Origin: an uncultured beta proteobacterium
GTDB lineage: Bacteria > Pseudomonadota > Gammaproteobacteria > Burkholderiales > Casimicrobiaceae
Direction of reading: 5' to 3'
Assembly: GCA_963834045.1 (NCBI GenBank)
Contig: CAWIAK010000015.1
Location: forward strand, 5,892 to 69,891
Length of the DNA stretch: 64,000 nt
Shown here: positions 45,214-60,158 of the stretch, one piece after another
How positions within the stretch are numbered: position 1 is the stretch's first letter
Layout of the letters: each line of letters opens with the position of its first letter
Made by a program: the position numbers and the translations under genes
The notes under the pieces: model-generated
Told to the model about the DNA's origin: nothing
Database searches by the model: none
What the model saw: only the letters and a program-made list of their open reading frames with translations

Positions 45214-48200
45214 ATGAACACCGTCACCGACGCCTTCCTGGAAACAAAATATCCGCACGCGGACGCGCCACGCCTGCGCGAGATCCCGTACAACTACACG
45301 TCGTTCTCCGATCGCGAGATCGTCATCCGGCTGCTCGGCGCGCCGATGTGGCAGGTGCTGGAGGAACTGCGCGGCGAGCGCCGCACCGGCCGTTCCGCGC
45401 GGATGCTGTTCGAGGTGCTGGGCGACATCTGGGTCGTCGAGCGCAACCCCTACCTGCAGGACGATCTCCTCGACAATCCGAAGCGGCACGAGCTGCTCGT
45501 CGCGGCGCTGCGGCACCGGCTGCGCGAGGTCGAGCGCCGGCGCCGCGAAAATGAACCCGCGCCCGGCAGCGCCGATGCCGGTCGCGACGGCAAGGTCGCG
45601 CAGCTGGTCGCCGCCGCCAATGCTGCGGTCGACCGCTTCGCCGCGAACTTCGCGCAGACCGCGGAACTGCGCCGCCGCACGCGCCGCGTGCTCGGCCGCT
45701 TCACCGCCAAGGACAACATCGCGTTCGACGGCCTGGCGCGCGTGTCGCATGTCACCGACGCGACGGACTGGCGCGTCGAGTATCCGTTCGTCGTGCTCTA
45801 TCCGGACAGCGAGGACGAGGTTCGCGGCCTCGTCGAGGGCTGCATCGAACTCGACCTGACGATCATTCCGCGCGGCGGCGGCACCGGCTACACGGGCGGC
45901 GCCATCCCGCTCGACGCGCGTTCCGCGGTGATCAACACGGAAAAGCTGGAACGCCTGTCCGCCATCGAGCGCGTCACGTTGCCGGGAATGGCCCGGCCGG
46001 TAGCGACGATCGACGCGGGCGCGGGCGTGGTCACCCGGCGCGTGATGGAGGCGGCCGAGCGCGAGGGCCTCGTCTTCGCCGTCGATCCGACTTCGGCCGA
46101 CGCGTCGTGCATCGGCGGCAACGTCGCGATGAACGCCGGCGGCAAGAAGGCGGTCCTGTGGGGCACGGCGCTCGACAATCTCGTGTCGTGGCGGATGGTC
46201 ACGCCGGAAGCCGAGTGGCTCGAAGTCACGCGCACCGACCACAACCTGGGCAAGATCCACGACGCGGCGCAGGCGACGTTCGAGTGCCGGTGGTTTGCGG
46301 CGGACGGGACCACCGTCAGGCGCGTCGAGACGCTGGCCATTCCGGGCACGGCGTTTCGCAAGGCCGGACTGGGCAAGGACGTCACCGACAAGTTCCTGTC
46401 CGGATTGCCCGGCATCCAGAAGGAAGGCTGCGACGGCCTCATCACCAGCGCGCGCTTCATCCTGCACACGATGCCGCCGGCGATCCGCACGGTGTGCCTC
46501 GAATTCTTCGGGCAGGTGCGCGATTCGACGCCGGCGATCGTCGAGATCAAGACCTTCATCGATGCGCTGCCCAAGGAAGCTCCCGCGCGTGTCGTGCTGG
46601 CCGGCCTGGAGCACCTCGACGAGCGCTACGTGAAAGCGGTCGGCTACGCCACGAAGGCGAAACGGCATGGGCGGCCGAAGATGGTGCTGCTCGCGGACAT
46701 CGCCGGCGACGACGACGATGCGGTGGCGAAGGCCGCGTCCGAGGTCGTGCGCATCGCCAACGCGCGCGGCGCGGAGGGCTTCGTCGCGGTGTCGGCGGAG
46801 TCGCGCAAGAAGTTCTGGCTCGACCGGGCGCGCACGGCCGCCATCGCCCGGCACACCAACGCGTTCAAGATCAACGAGGACGTGGTCATTCCTCTTCCGC
46901 GCCTGGGCGACTACACCGACGGCATCGAACGCATCAACATCGAGCTGTCGCTGCGCAACAAGCTGGCCCTGTGCGACGAACTCGCGGCGCGGCTCGCAAG
47001 TCCCCTGCTCGACCATGCGTGGGCGCCCGACAGCGACGTGCGGCCGGCGCCGGAGATCGTCGCCGCCAAGCTGGACGAGGCGGCCGAACTGATCGCGGCC
47101 ACGCGCGGGCGCTGGCAGGACCTGCTCGACCGCATCGACACGACGTTTCCCGAGCTGCAGGAGCACCGGGTCGTGGCGTCGTGGAAGCGGGAACTCAAGG
47201 CGCCGCTGGAGGAGCTGTTCGCCGGGCTCGCCTTCGCGCCGGTCATGGCGCGCGTCAACGACGCCCACGCGCAGGTGCTGCGCAGCCGCGTGTTCGTCGC
47301 GCTGCACATGCACGCGGGCGACGGCAACGTGCACACCAACATTCCCGTCAATTCCGACGACTACGACATGCTGCGCGAGGCCAATGCCGCGGTCGCGCGC
47401 ATCATGCGCCTCGCCCGCGCGCTGGGCGGCGTGATCTCCGGCGAACACGGCATCGGCATCACCAAGCTCGAGTACCTGACGGACGCCGAACTGCAGCCGT
47501 TCGCCGATTACAAGCAGCGGATCGATCCGAAAGGACGCTTCAACCGCGGCAAGCTGCTGCGCGATCCGCGCCTTCCCGCCGACCTTTCCGGCGCGTACAC
47601 GCCGAGCTTTTCGCTGATCGGCCACGAGAGCCTGATCCTGGAGCAGAGTGACATCGGTGGCGTTGCCGAGTCCATCAAGGACTGCCTGCGCTGCGGCAAG
47701 TGCAAGCCGGTGTGCGCGACGCACGTGCCGCGCGCCAATCTCCTGTACAGCCCGCGCAACAAGATCCTCGCCACGTCACTGCTGATCGAGGCGTTCCTGT
47801 ACGAGGAGCAGACGCGGCGCGGCATCAGCCTGAAGCACTTCAACGCGTTCGGCGACGTGGCCGACCATTGCACCGTCTGCCACAAGTGCGCGAATCCGTG
47901 TCCGGTGGACATCGATTTCGGCGACGTGTCGATCGCGATGCGCAACCTGCTGCGCAAGATGGGGACGCGCAATTTCAATCCAGGCACGGCGGCGTCGATG
48001 TTCTTCCTCAATGCGACGAACCCCGCGACGATCAAGCTGACGAAGAAGGTGATGATCGACTGGGGCTACAAGGCGCAGCGTCTGGCCCATCGCATCGGCA
48101 AGGCGACCGGATTGGTGCAGGCGCAGACGCGGCATCCGCCGCCGACCGCCGGCAAGCGTCCGATCGCGGCGCAGATCATCCATTTCATCAACAAGCCGAT

Positions 48201-49089
48201 GCCGGGCAACCTGCCCAAGCGCACGTCGCGCGCGCTGCTCGATATCGAGGACAGCGAGGTCGTGCCGATCATCCGGGATCCGGCGCGCGCGGCCGACGAC
48301 GCCGAAGCGGTCTTCTACTTCCCCGGCTGCGGATCGGAACGGCTGTTCTCGCAAGTGGGGCTGGCTACGCAGGCGATGCTCTATCACGTCGGCGTGCAGA
48401 CGGTGCTCCCGCCCGGGTACCTGTGCTGCGGGTATCCGCAGACCTCTGCGGGCAACCACGACGAGGGGCAGAAGATCACGACGGCCAACCGCGTGCTGTT
48501 CCACCGGGTGGCCAACACGCTCAACTATCTCGACATCAAGACGGTGATCGTGTCCTGCGGCACGTGCATGGATCAGCTGCAGAAATACGAATTCGACAAG
48601 ATCTTCCCCGGTTGCCGGCTGCTCGACATCCACGAGTACCTGATGGAGAAGGGCGTGGCGCTGTCGGGCGTGACCGGAACGCGGTACATGTACCACGACC
48701 CCTGCCACACGCCGATGAAGCAGTACGCGCCGCTGGCCGTCGTCAATCAGCTGATGGGGACGCCGGTGCCGCTGAGCGACCGCTGCTGCGGCGAGTCGGG
48801 AACCCTGGCCATGACCCGGCCCGACGTGTCCACGCAGGTCCGGTTCCGCAAGGAAGAGGAGATGCGCAGCGGCGCGGACCGATTGCGGGCGGACGGGTTC
48901 GCCGGCGACGTGAAGGTGCTGACGTCGTGCCCATCCTGCCTGCAGGGGCTGTCGCGATTCGACGACGATGCCGGCACGAAAGCCGATTACATCGTCGTGG
49001 AAATCGCGAAGCGCCTGCTCGGTGTCAACTGGATGGCCGACTATGTCGAGAAGGCCAACGCCGGCGGCATCGAACGCGTGCTGGTGTGA
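45214..49089 (+). CDS. DUF3683-containing FAD/Fe-S oxidoreductase
   Basis: [58 protein letters not shown], two CCG motifs. Confidence 0.9.
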   Translation: MNTVTDAFLETKYPHADAPRLREIPYNYTSFSDREIVIRLLGAPMWQVLEELRGERRTGRSARMLFEVLGDIWVVERNPYLQDDLLDNPKRHELLVAALRHRLREVERRRRENEPAPGSADAGRDGKVAQLVAAANAAVDRFAANFAQTAELRRRTRRVLGRFTAKDNIAFDGLARVSHVTDATDWRVEYPFVVLYPDSEDEVRGLVEGCIELDLTIIPRGGGTGYTGGAIPLDARSAVINTEKLERLSAIERVTLPGMARPVATIDAGAGVVTRRVMEAAEREGLVFAVDPTSADASCIGGNVAMNAGGKKAVLWGTALDNLVSWRMVTPEAEWLEVTRTDHNLGKIHDAAQATFECRWFAADGTTVRRVETLAIPGTAFRKAGLGKDVTDKFLSGLPGIQKEGCDGLITSARFILHTMPPAIRTVCLEFFGQVRDSTPAIVEIKTFIDALPKEAPARVVLAGLEHLDERYVKAVGYATKAKRHGRPKMVLLADIAGDDDDAVAKAASEVVRIANARGAEGFVAVSAESRKKFWLDRARTAAIARHTNAFKINEDVVIPLPRLGDYTDGIERINIELSLRNKLALCDELAARLASPLLDHAWAPDSDVRPAPEIVAAKLDEAAELIAATRGRWQDLLDRIDTTFPELQEHRVVASWKRELKAPLEELFAGLAFAPVMARVNDAHAQVLRSRVFVALHMHAGDGNVHTNIPVNSDDYDMLREANAAVARIMRLARALGGVISGEHGIGITKLEYLTDAELQPFADYKQRIDPKGRFNRGKLLRDPRLPADLSGAYTPSFSLIGHESLILEQSDIGGVAESIKDCLRCGKCKPVCATHVPRANLLYSPRNKILATSLLIEAFLYEEQTRRGISLKHFNAFGDVADHCTVCHKCANPCPVDIDFGDVSIAMRNLLRKMGTRNFNPGTAASMFFLNATNPATIKLTKKVMIDWGYKAQRLAHRIGKATGLVQAQTRHPPPTAGKRPIAAQIIHFINKPMPGNLPKRTSRALLDIEDSEVVPIIRDPARAADDAEAVFYFPGCGSERLFSQVGLATQAMLYHVGVQTVLPPGYLCCGYPQTSAGNHDEGQKITTANRVLFHRVANTLNYLDIKTVIVSCGTCMDQLQKYEFDKIFPGCRLLDIHEYLMEKGVALSGVTGTRYMYHDPCHTPMKQYAPLAVVNQLMGTPVPLSDRCCGESGTLAMTRPDVSTQVRFRKEEEMRSGADRLRADGFAGDVKVLTSCPSCLQGLSRFDDDAGTKADYIVVEIAKRLLGVNWMADYVEKANAGGIERVLV

Positions 49090-49398
49090 TCAGAGGTCCG
49101 GCTCGCTGGCGGGACGCCCGTTGCGCACCACGAGGGTCGTTCCCTGACAGACGACGCCCGAATCCGGATTGCTGACGCAGCGCGGTTTGACCAGTTGCGT
49201 CGCCAGTGCGGCCATCGCGTGGTCGTCCGTCGACGGGCCGTAGCGCACGATGAGCGGAGCGCACAGGACGAGCGCCAGGTAGATCGCGGCGAATATCGCG
49301 GCGGTCCGCGCGGTCCTGGCTTCCGGCGTCTTTCTGGTCGTGGCCGGTTCGGGCGACGAGGACGGCGAGGCGAATTCGTGTGTGAGCAGCGCTTCCAT
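49090..49398 (-). CDS. Small single-TM hypothetical protein
   Basis: AAGGAG RBS before the ATG; hydrophobic segment AAIFAAIYLALVLCAPLIV; C-terminal Cys pair. Confidence 0.65.
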   Translation of the reverse strand: MEALLTHEFASPSSSPEPATTRKTPEARTARTAAIFAAIYLALVLCAPLIVRYGPSTDDHAMAALATQLVKPRCVSNPDSGVVCQGTTLVVRNGRPASEPDL

Positions 49399-49822
49399 GG
49401 CTTTCTCCTTGTCCGGTGTGTGCTGGCCGGACGGTATTGCCTCGGAAAAAATCCCGCGAAGACGCCCAAGCGATTGGCTCGGAACTGCGGACGCTCGGCC
49501 TGATTCCAGTCGGAGCGCCCTCGCGGGTGGAGGCAACGGTGCAAGGCGTTCGGCATCCGGGGACCTGCGGATGTTGGTTGCCGAATGCCGTGTTCTTGGT
49601 TTCCATGGGCCAACGATAGGCTGCTGGACCCTTCCGTGCGTCGGAACTTTCGCGCCGTCGCATGCGGAATATTCGCCATCCGTCGCCATGAGGAGGCGTT
49701 CGGACCGTCCTCCCGCCCGTCGGGTCCGGATTGGCGGGGCATCCGGGGCGGGCGGCCTTTGTGCTATAAATCGCGAGGGCCATTCATAGCGGATTCCGGC
49801 GCAAGTCTGCCCCGGCCACCCA

Positions 49823-51448
49823 ATGACGCAGGACACCTCCACACCGGTTTTGCCCGTCAAGGCGAAAGTCGCGGACCGCGGGGAAATCCCGTCCCTGGCC
49901 TTTGCCGACGCGGACGGCGCCAAGCGCTGGGCGAAGTCGCTGATGGTCACGGGCGTGGGGCCCCTGTACGCGGCCATCCACGGCCAGCTGCGCGCGTTGT
50001 CCGCGGCGACCTTCGCTCCTCGCGAGCGCGCGACGATCGCCGAAGTGATGCGCGACCAGGTCGCCCACCTGCACACGGAACTGGCGCGCCGCTTCGCCGG
50101 AAAGCCGCAGCCTGCGGCGGACCGCGAGCTGGATGCGGCCGATCAGGCCATCGCGTTGTGGCATGCGCTGTGGGAACAGTATTCGGCGTGCCTGAAGCCC
50201 CTGCTCGAAGGCGATACCGAATTGCAGGGAGTGAAGGCCAAGCTCCTGCAGCGTGGGCTTTACGTCGGCAAGCAACTGGTGCTGGTGCATGCGCTCGCGC
50301 GCCGCGCGGCGCCGGCATCGCTGTGGCAGGAGCTGCACGCGTATTACCGGTTGACGGAGATTCTCGACTGCGCCGTCACCGCGGTGTCCGACGAGCTGAC
50401 GCCGCACGCCGTCGGCATTTCCTGCTATTCGACGTATTGCCATGCGCTGCTGCTGGGTCTCGCCGATCCCTACGCGATGTCGATCAGGCAGATCGAATTG
50501 ACCGACCGCTGGCTGTCCCAGTGGGCACGCAAGGTGTTTCCGTACGCGCAGCAGCGGGAAACGGAAGGTCCGATCCTGCTCATCGACCTGGACGGCAATT
50601 CCGGCGCCGCGCTGGTCGCGACGGCGCCGAGCGAGCCTCCGCGCTCGATGCGCTTCTGCTACCCCGGCAAGCTCGCTACCAGCGTGCGCGGACGGCTGAA
50701 GCGTCTCGCCGCCGGCGCGAGCCCCGCGGAATTGCAGCTCGGCCACGACACGTCCGTCGAGAGCTGCACCGCCCTCCTGTCCCACCTCGACGCGCACTGG
50801 TATCAGCTGCCCCGGCGCAGCGCCGATGCCCAGAACGCGTGGCAGGAACTGGTGACCGGCGGCGTTCCGGCGGCCTACTTCCGCGTCGGCGGCCGCACGT
50901 TCGATCGCCAGGACCCGTTGGGACGGCTGACGTTCCAGGGCGCGCAATACCTGCAGACGCTGGGGGCGCTGACCGACTACGATCGCTTTCGCGAAGACGC
51001 CGAGCGCAACTGGCCCTGGGAGCGCTGGCAGGGGATCTGCGAATGGCGCGGCGCGGTGCTCAAGCGCGGCGATCACGGCCGCTATCGATGGTTCCTGGAC
51101 CAGCTCGTGGTCGCCCGCGACGACGAGCGCGTGCGCATGGGCTACGTGACGCGGGTGTCGCTGGATCCGCAAGGCGAGTTCACGATTTCGCTCGCGTTCT
51201 GGCCGGGCAGCCCCAAATCGCTGGCGATTCGGCCGATGTCGCTGGCCTACGTCGAAGAACCGCCGATGCCCGCGTTGCTGCTGTCGGAGACCCCCGAGGA
51301 GCGCGGTACGCTGATCGTGCCTCCGCGCACGTTCAATCCCGGCCGGCTGTTCCGGTCGATGGATCCCGGCCCGGAGCGCAAATTCCGCCTGACCAAGCTC
51401 GTGCAGCGCGGCGGGGACTTCGAGCGCGTCGCCTTCGAAGAATCCTGA
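49823..51448 (+). CDS. Conserved hypothetical protein, FimW-like (candidate c-di-GMP receptor)
   Basis: Intact 541-aa ORF with host-like codon usage. Helical N-terminus ([22 protein letters not shown]) and beta-rich C-terminus; family assigned from memory of these motifs. Confidence 0.6.
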   Translation: MTQDTSTPVLPVKAKVADRGEIPSLAFADADGAKRWAKSLMVTGVGPLYAAIHGQLRALSAATFAPRERATIAEVMRDQVAHLHTELARRFAGKPQPAADRELDAADQAIALWHALWEQYSACLKPLLEGDTELQGVKAKLLQRGLYVGKQLVLVHALARRAAPASLWQELHAYYRLTEILDCAVTAVSDELTPHAVGISCYSTYCHALLLGLADPYAMSIRQIELTDRWLSQWARKVFPYAQQRETEGPILLIDLDGNSGAALVATAPSEPPRSMRFCYPGKLATSVRGRLKRLAAGASPAELQLGHDTSVESCTALLSHLDAHWYQLPRRSADAQNAWQELVTGGVPAAYFRVGGRTFDRQDPLGRLTFQGAQYLQTLGALTDYDRFREDAERNWPWERWQGICEWRGAVLKRGDHGRYRWFLDQLVVARDDERVRMGYVTRVSLDPQGEFTISLAFWPGSPKSLAIRPMSLAYVEEPPMPALLLSETPEERGTLIVPPRTFNPGRLFRSMDPGPERKFRLTKLVQRGGDFERVAFEES

Positions 51449-51483
51449 CACTTCCGCGGCAGCATTCGCGCCGCGCATTCCCG

Positions 51484-53525
<2,042 letters not shown>

Positions 53526-53611
53526 CGATCTGCGCGGGGGTCGGGTAAGATTCGGGCGCCCGATCCGACCTGCAGCACCACCGTAACGACCCGCTGAACC
53601 CTGGAGATTCG

Positions 53612-53941
53612 ATGAAACACGCACTGCTCGCACTCGCCGCCGCCGCATTTCTCGCCGCCGGAACCGCGCACGCCGCGCTGGACACCGCCGCCGCCGAGGC
53701 CATGATGAAGAAGGATGGCTGCGCCGCGTGCCACGCGATCGACAAGAAGCTCGTCGGCCCGGCCTATGTCGACGTCGCCGCCAAGTACAAGGGCGACAAG
53801 GACGCCGTCGCCAAGCTGACGAAAAAGGTGAAGGAGGGTGGCTCGGGCGTCTGGGGCCAGATCCCGATGCCGCCCAACGTGGCGATCCCGACGACGGACA
53901 TCACCGATCTCGTCACCTGGATCCTGACGTTGAAGAAGTAA
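53612..53941 (+). CDS. Class I cytochrome c (c551/c552-like)
   Basis: Signal peptide, CAACH, KLVGP, GSGVWGQIPMPPN. Confidence 0.95.
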   Translation: MKHALLALAAAAFLAAGTAHAALDTAAAEAMMKKDGCAACHAIDKKLVGPAYVDVAAKYKGDKDAVAKLTKKVKEGGSGVWGQIPMPPNVAIPTTDITDLVTWILTLKK

Positions 53942-53967
53942 GCACCCACTACCTTGTGACGCTCCAC

Positions 53968-53995
53968 CGGCCGAGGATTCCACTCGGCCGTTTTT
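53968..53995 (+). terminator. Intrinsic terminator after the cytochrome c gene
   Basis: CGGCCGAG-loop-CTCGGCCG-TTTTT. Confidence 0.75.
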
Positions 53996-54074
53996 CCATG
54001 AATCTTCATACATCGGCAAACGGGCCGGCCGCCTTTGACCGGAGCCGCCCGTCGCCGGTAGAATCAGCGCGGTT

Positions 54075-54161
54075 CGTGCAGGAGAGAGTCGCGTCGCTCA
54101 TCCGGCAACGCGGCCGCCGAAGGCGTATTCCCGAAATCGCTCAGGTACCGAGGACTGCACG
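54075..54161 (+). ncRNA. Glycine riboswitch, aptamer 1
   Basis: GGAGAG...CGCCGAAGG...CGCTCAGGT...GGACTG core, upstream of gcvT. Confidence 0.92.
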
Positions 54162-54173
54162 CACGCAACACCG

Positions 54174-54307
54174 ATCTGGAGAGCGGCCGAAGGAACGTCA
54201 GGAAATATGCCTGGCGCGATCCTGAGGTCCACCGAAGGGGCACCGGGTGACAGGACGCGGCAAGCGCGATCCCGTCACCCCAAATCTCTCAGGTAAAGAG
54301 GACAGAT
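54174..54307 (+). ncRNA. Glycine riboswitch, aptamer 2
   Basis: TCTGGAGAG...CACCGAAGG...CTCTCAGGT...GGACAGA core. Confidence 0.92.
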
Positions 54308-54366
54308 GGGGCGTAAGCGGAAGTATCGCTTCGCCCTATTGTCGTCCCTTGCCGGAGGATTCCCTG

Positions 54367-55464
54367 GTGCTCAAGCAAACCCCGCTCAATGCCACGCACC
54401 GCGCCGCGGGCGCGCGCATGGTCGACTTCGGCGGCTGGGACATGCCGGTCAATTACGGTTCGCAGATCGACGAGCATCATGCGGTGCGCCGCGATGCGGG
54501 CATGTTCGACGTGTCGCACATGCGCGCCGTCGATCTCGAGGGCGCCGGCGCGCGCGACTTCCTGCGCCGGGCGCTCGCCAACAATGTCGACAAGCTGAAG
54601 GATCCCGGCAAGGCGCTGTATTCGTGTCTGCTCGCCCCGGACGGCGGCGTGCTCGACGACCTGATCGTGTATTTCCTGCGCGAGGATTTCTTCCGCATCG
54701 TCGTCAACGCGGGAACCGCGGACAAGGACATCGCGTGGTTCCGCCGGCTGATCGCGGAACACGCGCCGCACTTGAAGCTGACGCCGCGCGACGACCTCGC
54801 GATGATCGCGGTGCAGGGACCCAACGCGCGCGCCAAGGTGTGGCAGGCGCTGCCGGAAAGCGAAGCGCACAGCGCGGCACTGAAACCGTTCGTGGGCGCG
54901 CGGGCGACCACGCCCGAAGGCGAGCTCTTCATCGGGCGCACCGGGTACACCGGCGAGGACGGTTTCGAGGTCATGGTGCCGGCCGCGCGCGCCGCCGCGC
55001 TCTGGCAGGCGCTCGCCGCCGCCGGCGTCAAGCCCTGCGGGCTGGGCGCGCGCGACACGCTGCGGCTCGAGGCCGGCATGAATCTCTATGGCCAGGACAT
55101 GGACGAGAATGTGTCGCCGCTCGTGTCCGGCCTGGCGTGGACGGTCGATCTCGCGAGTCCGCGCGACTTCGTCGGCAAGGCGGCGCTGCTCGCGAACCCG
55201 CCGGCGCAGCAATTGACCGGCCTGTTGCTGCAGGACGCCGGCGGCGTGCTGCGCGCGCACCAGAAGGTGCACACGGCGCACGGTGACGGCGAAATCACCA
55301 GCGGCACGTTCAGCCCGACGTTGGGCAAGTCCATCGCGCTCGCCCGCCTGCCCACCGGCGTGGCGCAGGGCGACATCGTCCACGTCGCCGTGCGCGACAA
55401 GCGCCTCGCGGCACGCGTCGTCAAGCCGCCGTTCGCCCGCAACGGCAAACCCCTCGTTTCCTGA
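54367..55464 (+). CDS. gcvT: Glycine cleavage system T protein
   Basis: [42 protein letters not shown]; GTG start after GGAGG. Confidence 0.97.
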   Translation: MLKQTPLNATHRAAGARMVDFGGWDMPVNYGSQIDEHHAVRRDAGMFDVSHMRAVDLEGAGARDFLRRALANNVDKLKDPGKALYSCLLAPDGGVLDDLIVYFLREDFFRIVVNAGTADKDIAWFRRLIAEHAPHLKLTPRDDLAMIAVQGPNARAKVWQALPESEAHSAALKPFVGARATTPEGELFIGRTGYTGEDGFEVMVPAARAAALWQALAAAGVKPCGLGARDTLRLEAGMNLYGQDMDENVSPLVSGLAWTVDLASPRDFVGKAALLANPPAQQLTGLLLQDAGGVLRAHQKVHTAHGDGEITSGTFSPTLGKSIALARLPTGVAQGDIVHVAVRDKRLAARVVKPPFARNGKPLVS

Positions 55465-55521
55465 TTTTTCCCTGATCTTTCCCTCATTTTTCTTTCGCCA
55501 GCAGCCCCTCGGAGAATCCGC

Positions 55522-55906
55522 ATGAACGTACCCGCCAATCTCAGATACGCCGACAGCCACGAATGGCTGCGCGCCGAAACCGACGGTACCGTCACCGTCG
55601 GCATCACGGACCACGCGCAGGCCGCGCTGGGCGACCTCGTGTTCGTCGAATTGCCCGCCGTCGGCCGGCAGTTGAAGGCGGGCGAGGCGTGCGCCATCGT
55701 GGAGTCGGTCAAAGCCGCCAGCGACGTGTATGCGCCGATCGCCGGGCCAGGTGGTCGCCGTAAACGAAGCGCTGCCGGGCGCCCCGGAAGCGCTTAACGC
55801 GGATGCCTACTCGGCGTGGCTGTTCAGGATCAAGCCCGCGGACGCCGCGGCCATCGCCACGATGCTCGACGCGGCGGCCTACGAAAAGCTGATCGGCGAA
55901 GACTGA
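55522..55906 (+). CDS. gcvH: Glycine cleavage system H protein (frameshift near 55748)
   Basis: [22 protein letters not shown], lipoyl motif VESVKAASD. Confidence 0.96.
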
Positions 55907-55919
55907 AAGCGCTCACCCG

Positions 55920-58857
55920 ATGAAAATGAACGAACCCCTGCCCGGCGCCACGGCCACCAGCCTGCGCGCGCTCGAAGACCGCGCGGCGTTTCTCGCACGG
56001 CACATCGGCACGACGGACGACGACCAGGCCACGATGCTCGCGGTACTCGGCTACGCGAACCGCAGCGCGTTGATCGACGCCATCGTTCCGGCCGCGATAC
56101 GCGAGCGGGCGCCCGTCAAGCTCGCGGCGCCGGTGCCGGAGGCGGAAGCGCTCGCGCGGCTGCACGGGATCGCCGCGCAGAACAAGGTGCTGAAGTCGTT
56201 CATCGGGCAGGGTTACTACGGCACGCACACGCCGGGCGTCATCCTGCGCAACATCCTCGAGAACCCGGCGTGGTACACGGCGTACACGCCCTACCAGCCG
56301 GAAATTTCGCAGGGTCGGCTCGAGGCGCTGGTCAATTTCCAGACGATGGTGTGCGACCTGACCGGCATGGCGATCGCCAACGCGTCGATGCTCGACGAGG
56401 CCACGGCGGCCGCGGAGGCGATGGCGATGAGCTTTCGCGTCGGGAAAGGCGGCAGCAAGCGCTTCTTCGTCGCGGATGACGTGTTCGCGCAAACACTGGA
56501 CGTGGTGCGCACGCGCGCCGGTCCGCTCGGCATCGACGTGGTCGTCGGACCCGCTGCCGCCGCCGCGACGAGCGGCGCCTTCGCCGTCCTGCTGCAATAC
56601 CCCGGCGCCTCGCGGCGAAGTGCGCGACGGCCGCGCGCTGGCCGATGCCGTGCACGCGAATGGCGGATTGGTCATCGTCGCGGCGGACATCCTGGCGCTG
56701 ACGCTGCTCGCCCCGCCGGGCGAATGGGGTGCCGACGTCGTCGTGGGTTCCACGCAGCGCTTCGGCGTGCCGATCGGCTATGGCGGGCCGCACGCCGGGT
56801 TCTTCGCGACCCGCGACGAGTTCAAGCGCTCGATGCCCGGACGCTTGGTCGGCGTGACCGTCGACGCGAACGGCAACGCCGCATACCGGCTCGCGCTGCA
56901 GACGCGCGAGCAGCACATCCGCCGCGAAAAGGCGACGTCGAACATCTGCACCGCGCAGGTTCTGCTGGCCGTCATCGCCGGGATGTACGCCGTTTACCAC
57001 GGGCCCGAAGGCCTGACGACGATCGCACGGCGCGTGCACCGCATGACCGCGATCCTGAAGGAGGGGCTGGAGCGGCTGGGATTCACGGTGCCCACGCAGG
57101 CGTTCTTCGACACGATCACGGTGGCGACGGGTGCGAAGACTGCGGACATCCTCGCCGCCGGTGTCGCGTACGGCTTCAATTTCCGCCACGTCGACGAGCG
57201 CACGCTCGGGATCTCGTTCGACGAGACGACCACGCGCGACGACATCGCGCGCATCTGGGACATCTTCAATTTCGATGACGCGCCGTTCACCGTCGCCGAC
57301 CACGATTCCGCGGTGGCCGATGGGCTGCCGGCGGCGCTGGTCCGCGCGACGCCTTTCCTGACCCACCCGGTATTCCATCGCCATCGCTCGGAAACGGAAA
57401 TGCTGCGCTACCTGCGGCGGCTCGCCGACCTCGACCTGGCGCTCGACCGCTCGATGATCCCGCTCGGATCCTGCACGATGAAGCTCAACGCCACGTCCGA
57501 GATGATCCCGGTGACGTGGCCCGAGTTCGGCGCGGTGCATCCGTTCGCGCCTGCCAACCAGGCGGCCGGCTACCACCGGATGATCCACGAGCTGGAGAAG
57601 ATGATGTGCGCGGCCACCGGCTACGACGCGGTGTCGCTGCAGCCCAACGCCGGGTCGCAAGGCGAATACGCGGGCCTGCTGATGATCGACGCCTACCATG
57701 CGAGCCGCGGCGAGCCGCACCGCAACGTGTGCCTGATACCGGCGTCGGCGCACGGCACCAATCCGGCGTCGGCGCAGATGGCCGGCATGCACGTCGTGGT
57801 CGTCGCGTGCGACGCCGAAGGCAACGTGGACATGGCGGACCTCGAAGCGAAGGCGGACGCCCACGCGCGCGATCTCGCGGCGATCATGATCACGTATCCG
57901 TCCACGCACGGCGTGTTCGAGGCGGGCATCAAGCGCATCTGCGAAATCGTGCACGCGCACGGCGGACAGGTGTACGTGGACGGCGCCAATCTCAACGCGC
58001 TGGTGGGCCTCGCGGCGCCCGGACATTTCGGCGCCGACGTGTCGCACCTGAACCTGCACAAGACCTTCTGCATTCCGCACGGCGGCGGCGGGCCGGGGGT
58101 CGGTCCGGTGGCGGTGAAGGCGCACCTCGCGCCCTTCCTTCCCGGCCATCGCAACCTGCCGGACGACGACCGCGCGGCGCACGCGATCGGCCCCGTGTCC
58201 GCGGCGCCCTACGGCAGCGCGTCCATCCTGCCGATTTCGTGGATGTACGTGACGATGATGGGCGGCGAAGGCCTGAAGGCGGCCAGCGAAAGCGCGATCC
58301 TCGCCGCGAACTACATCGCGAAGCGTCTCGCGCCGCACTACCCGGTGCTCTACACCGGGCCGGGAGGACTGGTCGCGCACGAGTGCATCCTCGACCTGCG
58401 TCCGCTCAAGGCCGCATCGGGCATCGAAGTCGACGACGTGGCCAAGCGCCTGATGGACTACGGCTTCCACGCACCGACGATGAGCTTCCCCGTCCCCGGC
58501 ACGCTGATGGTGGAGCCGACCGAGTCCGAGCCGCTCTCGGAACTCGACCGCTTCATCGACGCGATGATCGCCATCCGCGCCGAGATCCGCGCGATCGAGG
58601 AAGGGCGCATGGACCGCGCCGACAATGCGTTGAAGCACGCGCCGCACACGGCCGCCGCGGTCTCCGCCGACGAGTGGACGCATGCGTATACGCGGCTGTC
58701 CGCAGCGTATCCCACGGCGGCGCAGAAGGCCGTGAAGTACTGGCCCCCTGTGGCGCGGGTCGACAACGTGTACGGCGACCGCAATCTCTTCTGCAGTTGC
58801 ATTCCGCTCGCCGACTACGCAGGCGAGGCGGTGGAGCCTGCGCCGGCGGCCGCCTGA
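55920..58857 (+). CDS. gcvP: Glycine dehydrogenase, P protein (frameshift near 56610)
   Basis: [61 protein letters not shown]. Confidence 0.97.
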
Positions 58858-60111
58858 TGCGCGTCATCGTCCTGGGCGCGGGCGTGGTCGGCGTCACGGC
58901 CGCCTGGTATCTCGCGCAGGACGGCCACGAAGTCACGGTGCTCGACCGGCATCCGGGCGCGGCGCTCGAGACTTCGTTCGCCAACGGCGGACAGATCTCG
59001 GCGTCCTACGCGGAGCCGTGGGCCAACCCGGACGCGCCACTCAAGATCCTGCAGTGGCTGGGCCGCGACGACGCGCCGCTCCTGTTCCGGCTGCGCGCCG
59101 ATCCGCAGCAATGGCGCTGGGGACTTGCAGTTCCTCTACGAATGCCTGCCGTCGCGCACGCGGCACAACACCATCCAGTGCCTGAACCTGGCGCTCTACT
59201 CGCGCGATTGCCTGAAGGAATTGCGCGCGCAGACGGGGATCGAATACGACCACCTGGAGCGCGGCATCCTCTCCTTCTACACCGATCCGAAGGAATTCGC
59301 GCAGGGCGTGGCTTCGGCCGAGCTGATGCGCCAGTTCGGCTGCGACCGCGACGTGAAGACGGTCGCCGAATGCGTCGCCATCGAGCCGGCGCTCGCGTCC
59401 TGCCGCGCGCAAGCTCGCCGGCGGCATCTTCACCGCTTCCGACGAATCGGGCGACGCGCAGCGCTTCACGCAGGAGCTGGCGCGCATGGCGGAGGCGCGC
59501 GGCGTGAAATTCCGCTGGGGCATGGCGATCGAATCGCTGGCGGCCGAAGGCGACGCGATGACCGGCGTGCGCTGCATCAACGCGGAGCATCGCAAGGAAG
59601 TGCTGAAGGCCGACGCGTACGTCCTCGCGCTGGGCAGCTACAGCCCGTTCCTGTTGAAGCCGCTCGGCGTGCCTTGCCTCATCTATCCGGCCAAGGGCTA
59701 TTCGGCGACGATCGCCATCGACGATCATCGCGGCGCGCCGACGGTGTCGCTGACCGACCTTGCGTGGAAGATCGTGTTCACGCGTCTCGGCGACCGGCTG
59801 CGTGTCGCCGGCACGGCGGAATTGTCGGGTTACAACAAGGACCTCAATCTCGTGCGCTGCGAGGCGCTGTTGCGGCGTACCTTCGAGCTGTTTCCCGACG
59901 CCGGCGACCGCGACAGCGCGCAGTTCTGGACGGGCCTGCGTCCGGCCACGCCGTCGAACGTCCCGCTGGTGGGCGGCACGCGGTACCGGAACCTCTTCCT
60001 CGACACCGGCCACGGCACGCTGGGCTGGACGATGGCGTGCGGTTCGGGCCGGGCGCTCGCGGACGTGATCGCGGGCCGCAAGCCTGGCGTGGAATTTGCG
60101 TTTACGGGTAA
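58857..60111 (+). CDS. dadA: D-amino acid dehydrogenase (frameshifted; end approximate)
   Basis: [54 protein letters not shown]. Confidence 0.92.
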
Positions 60112-60158
60112 CCCCGGCAGCCCCGGCAACCCGGCAACTCAACAGGCACGGTATCCCA

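Noticed and set aside
49600-49665. c-di-GMP-I riboswitch-like words (GAAA, GACGCA, GCCUA) on the minus strand
   Set aside because: The GGCAAAC start, GCAAAG junction and paired stems are missing; probably chance.
60110-60140. Three CCCGGCA(A/G)C repeats after dadA
   Set aside because: Too short and low in complexity to support a function.
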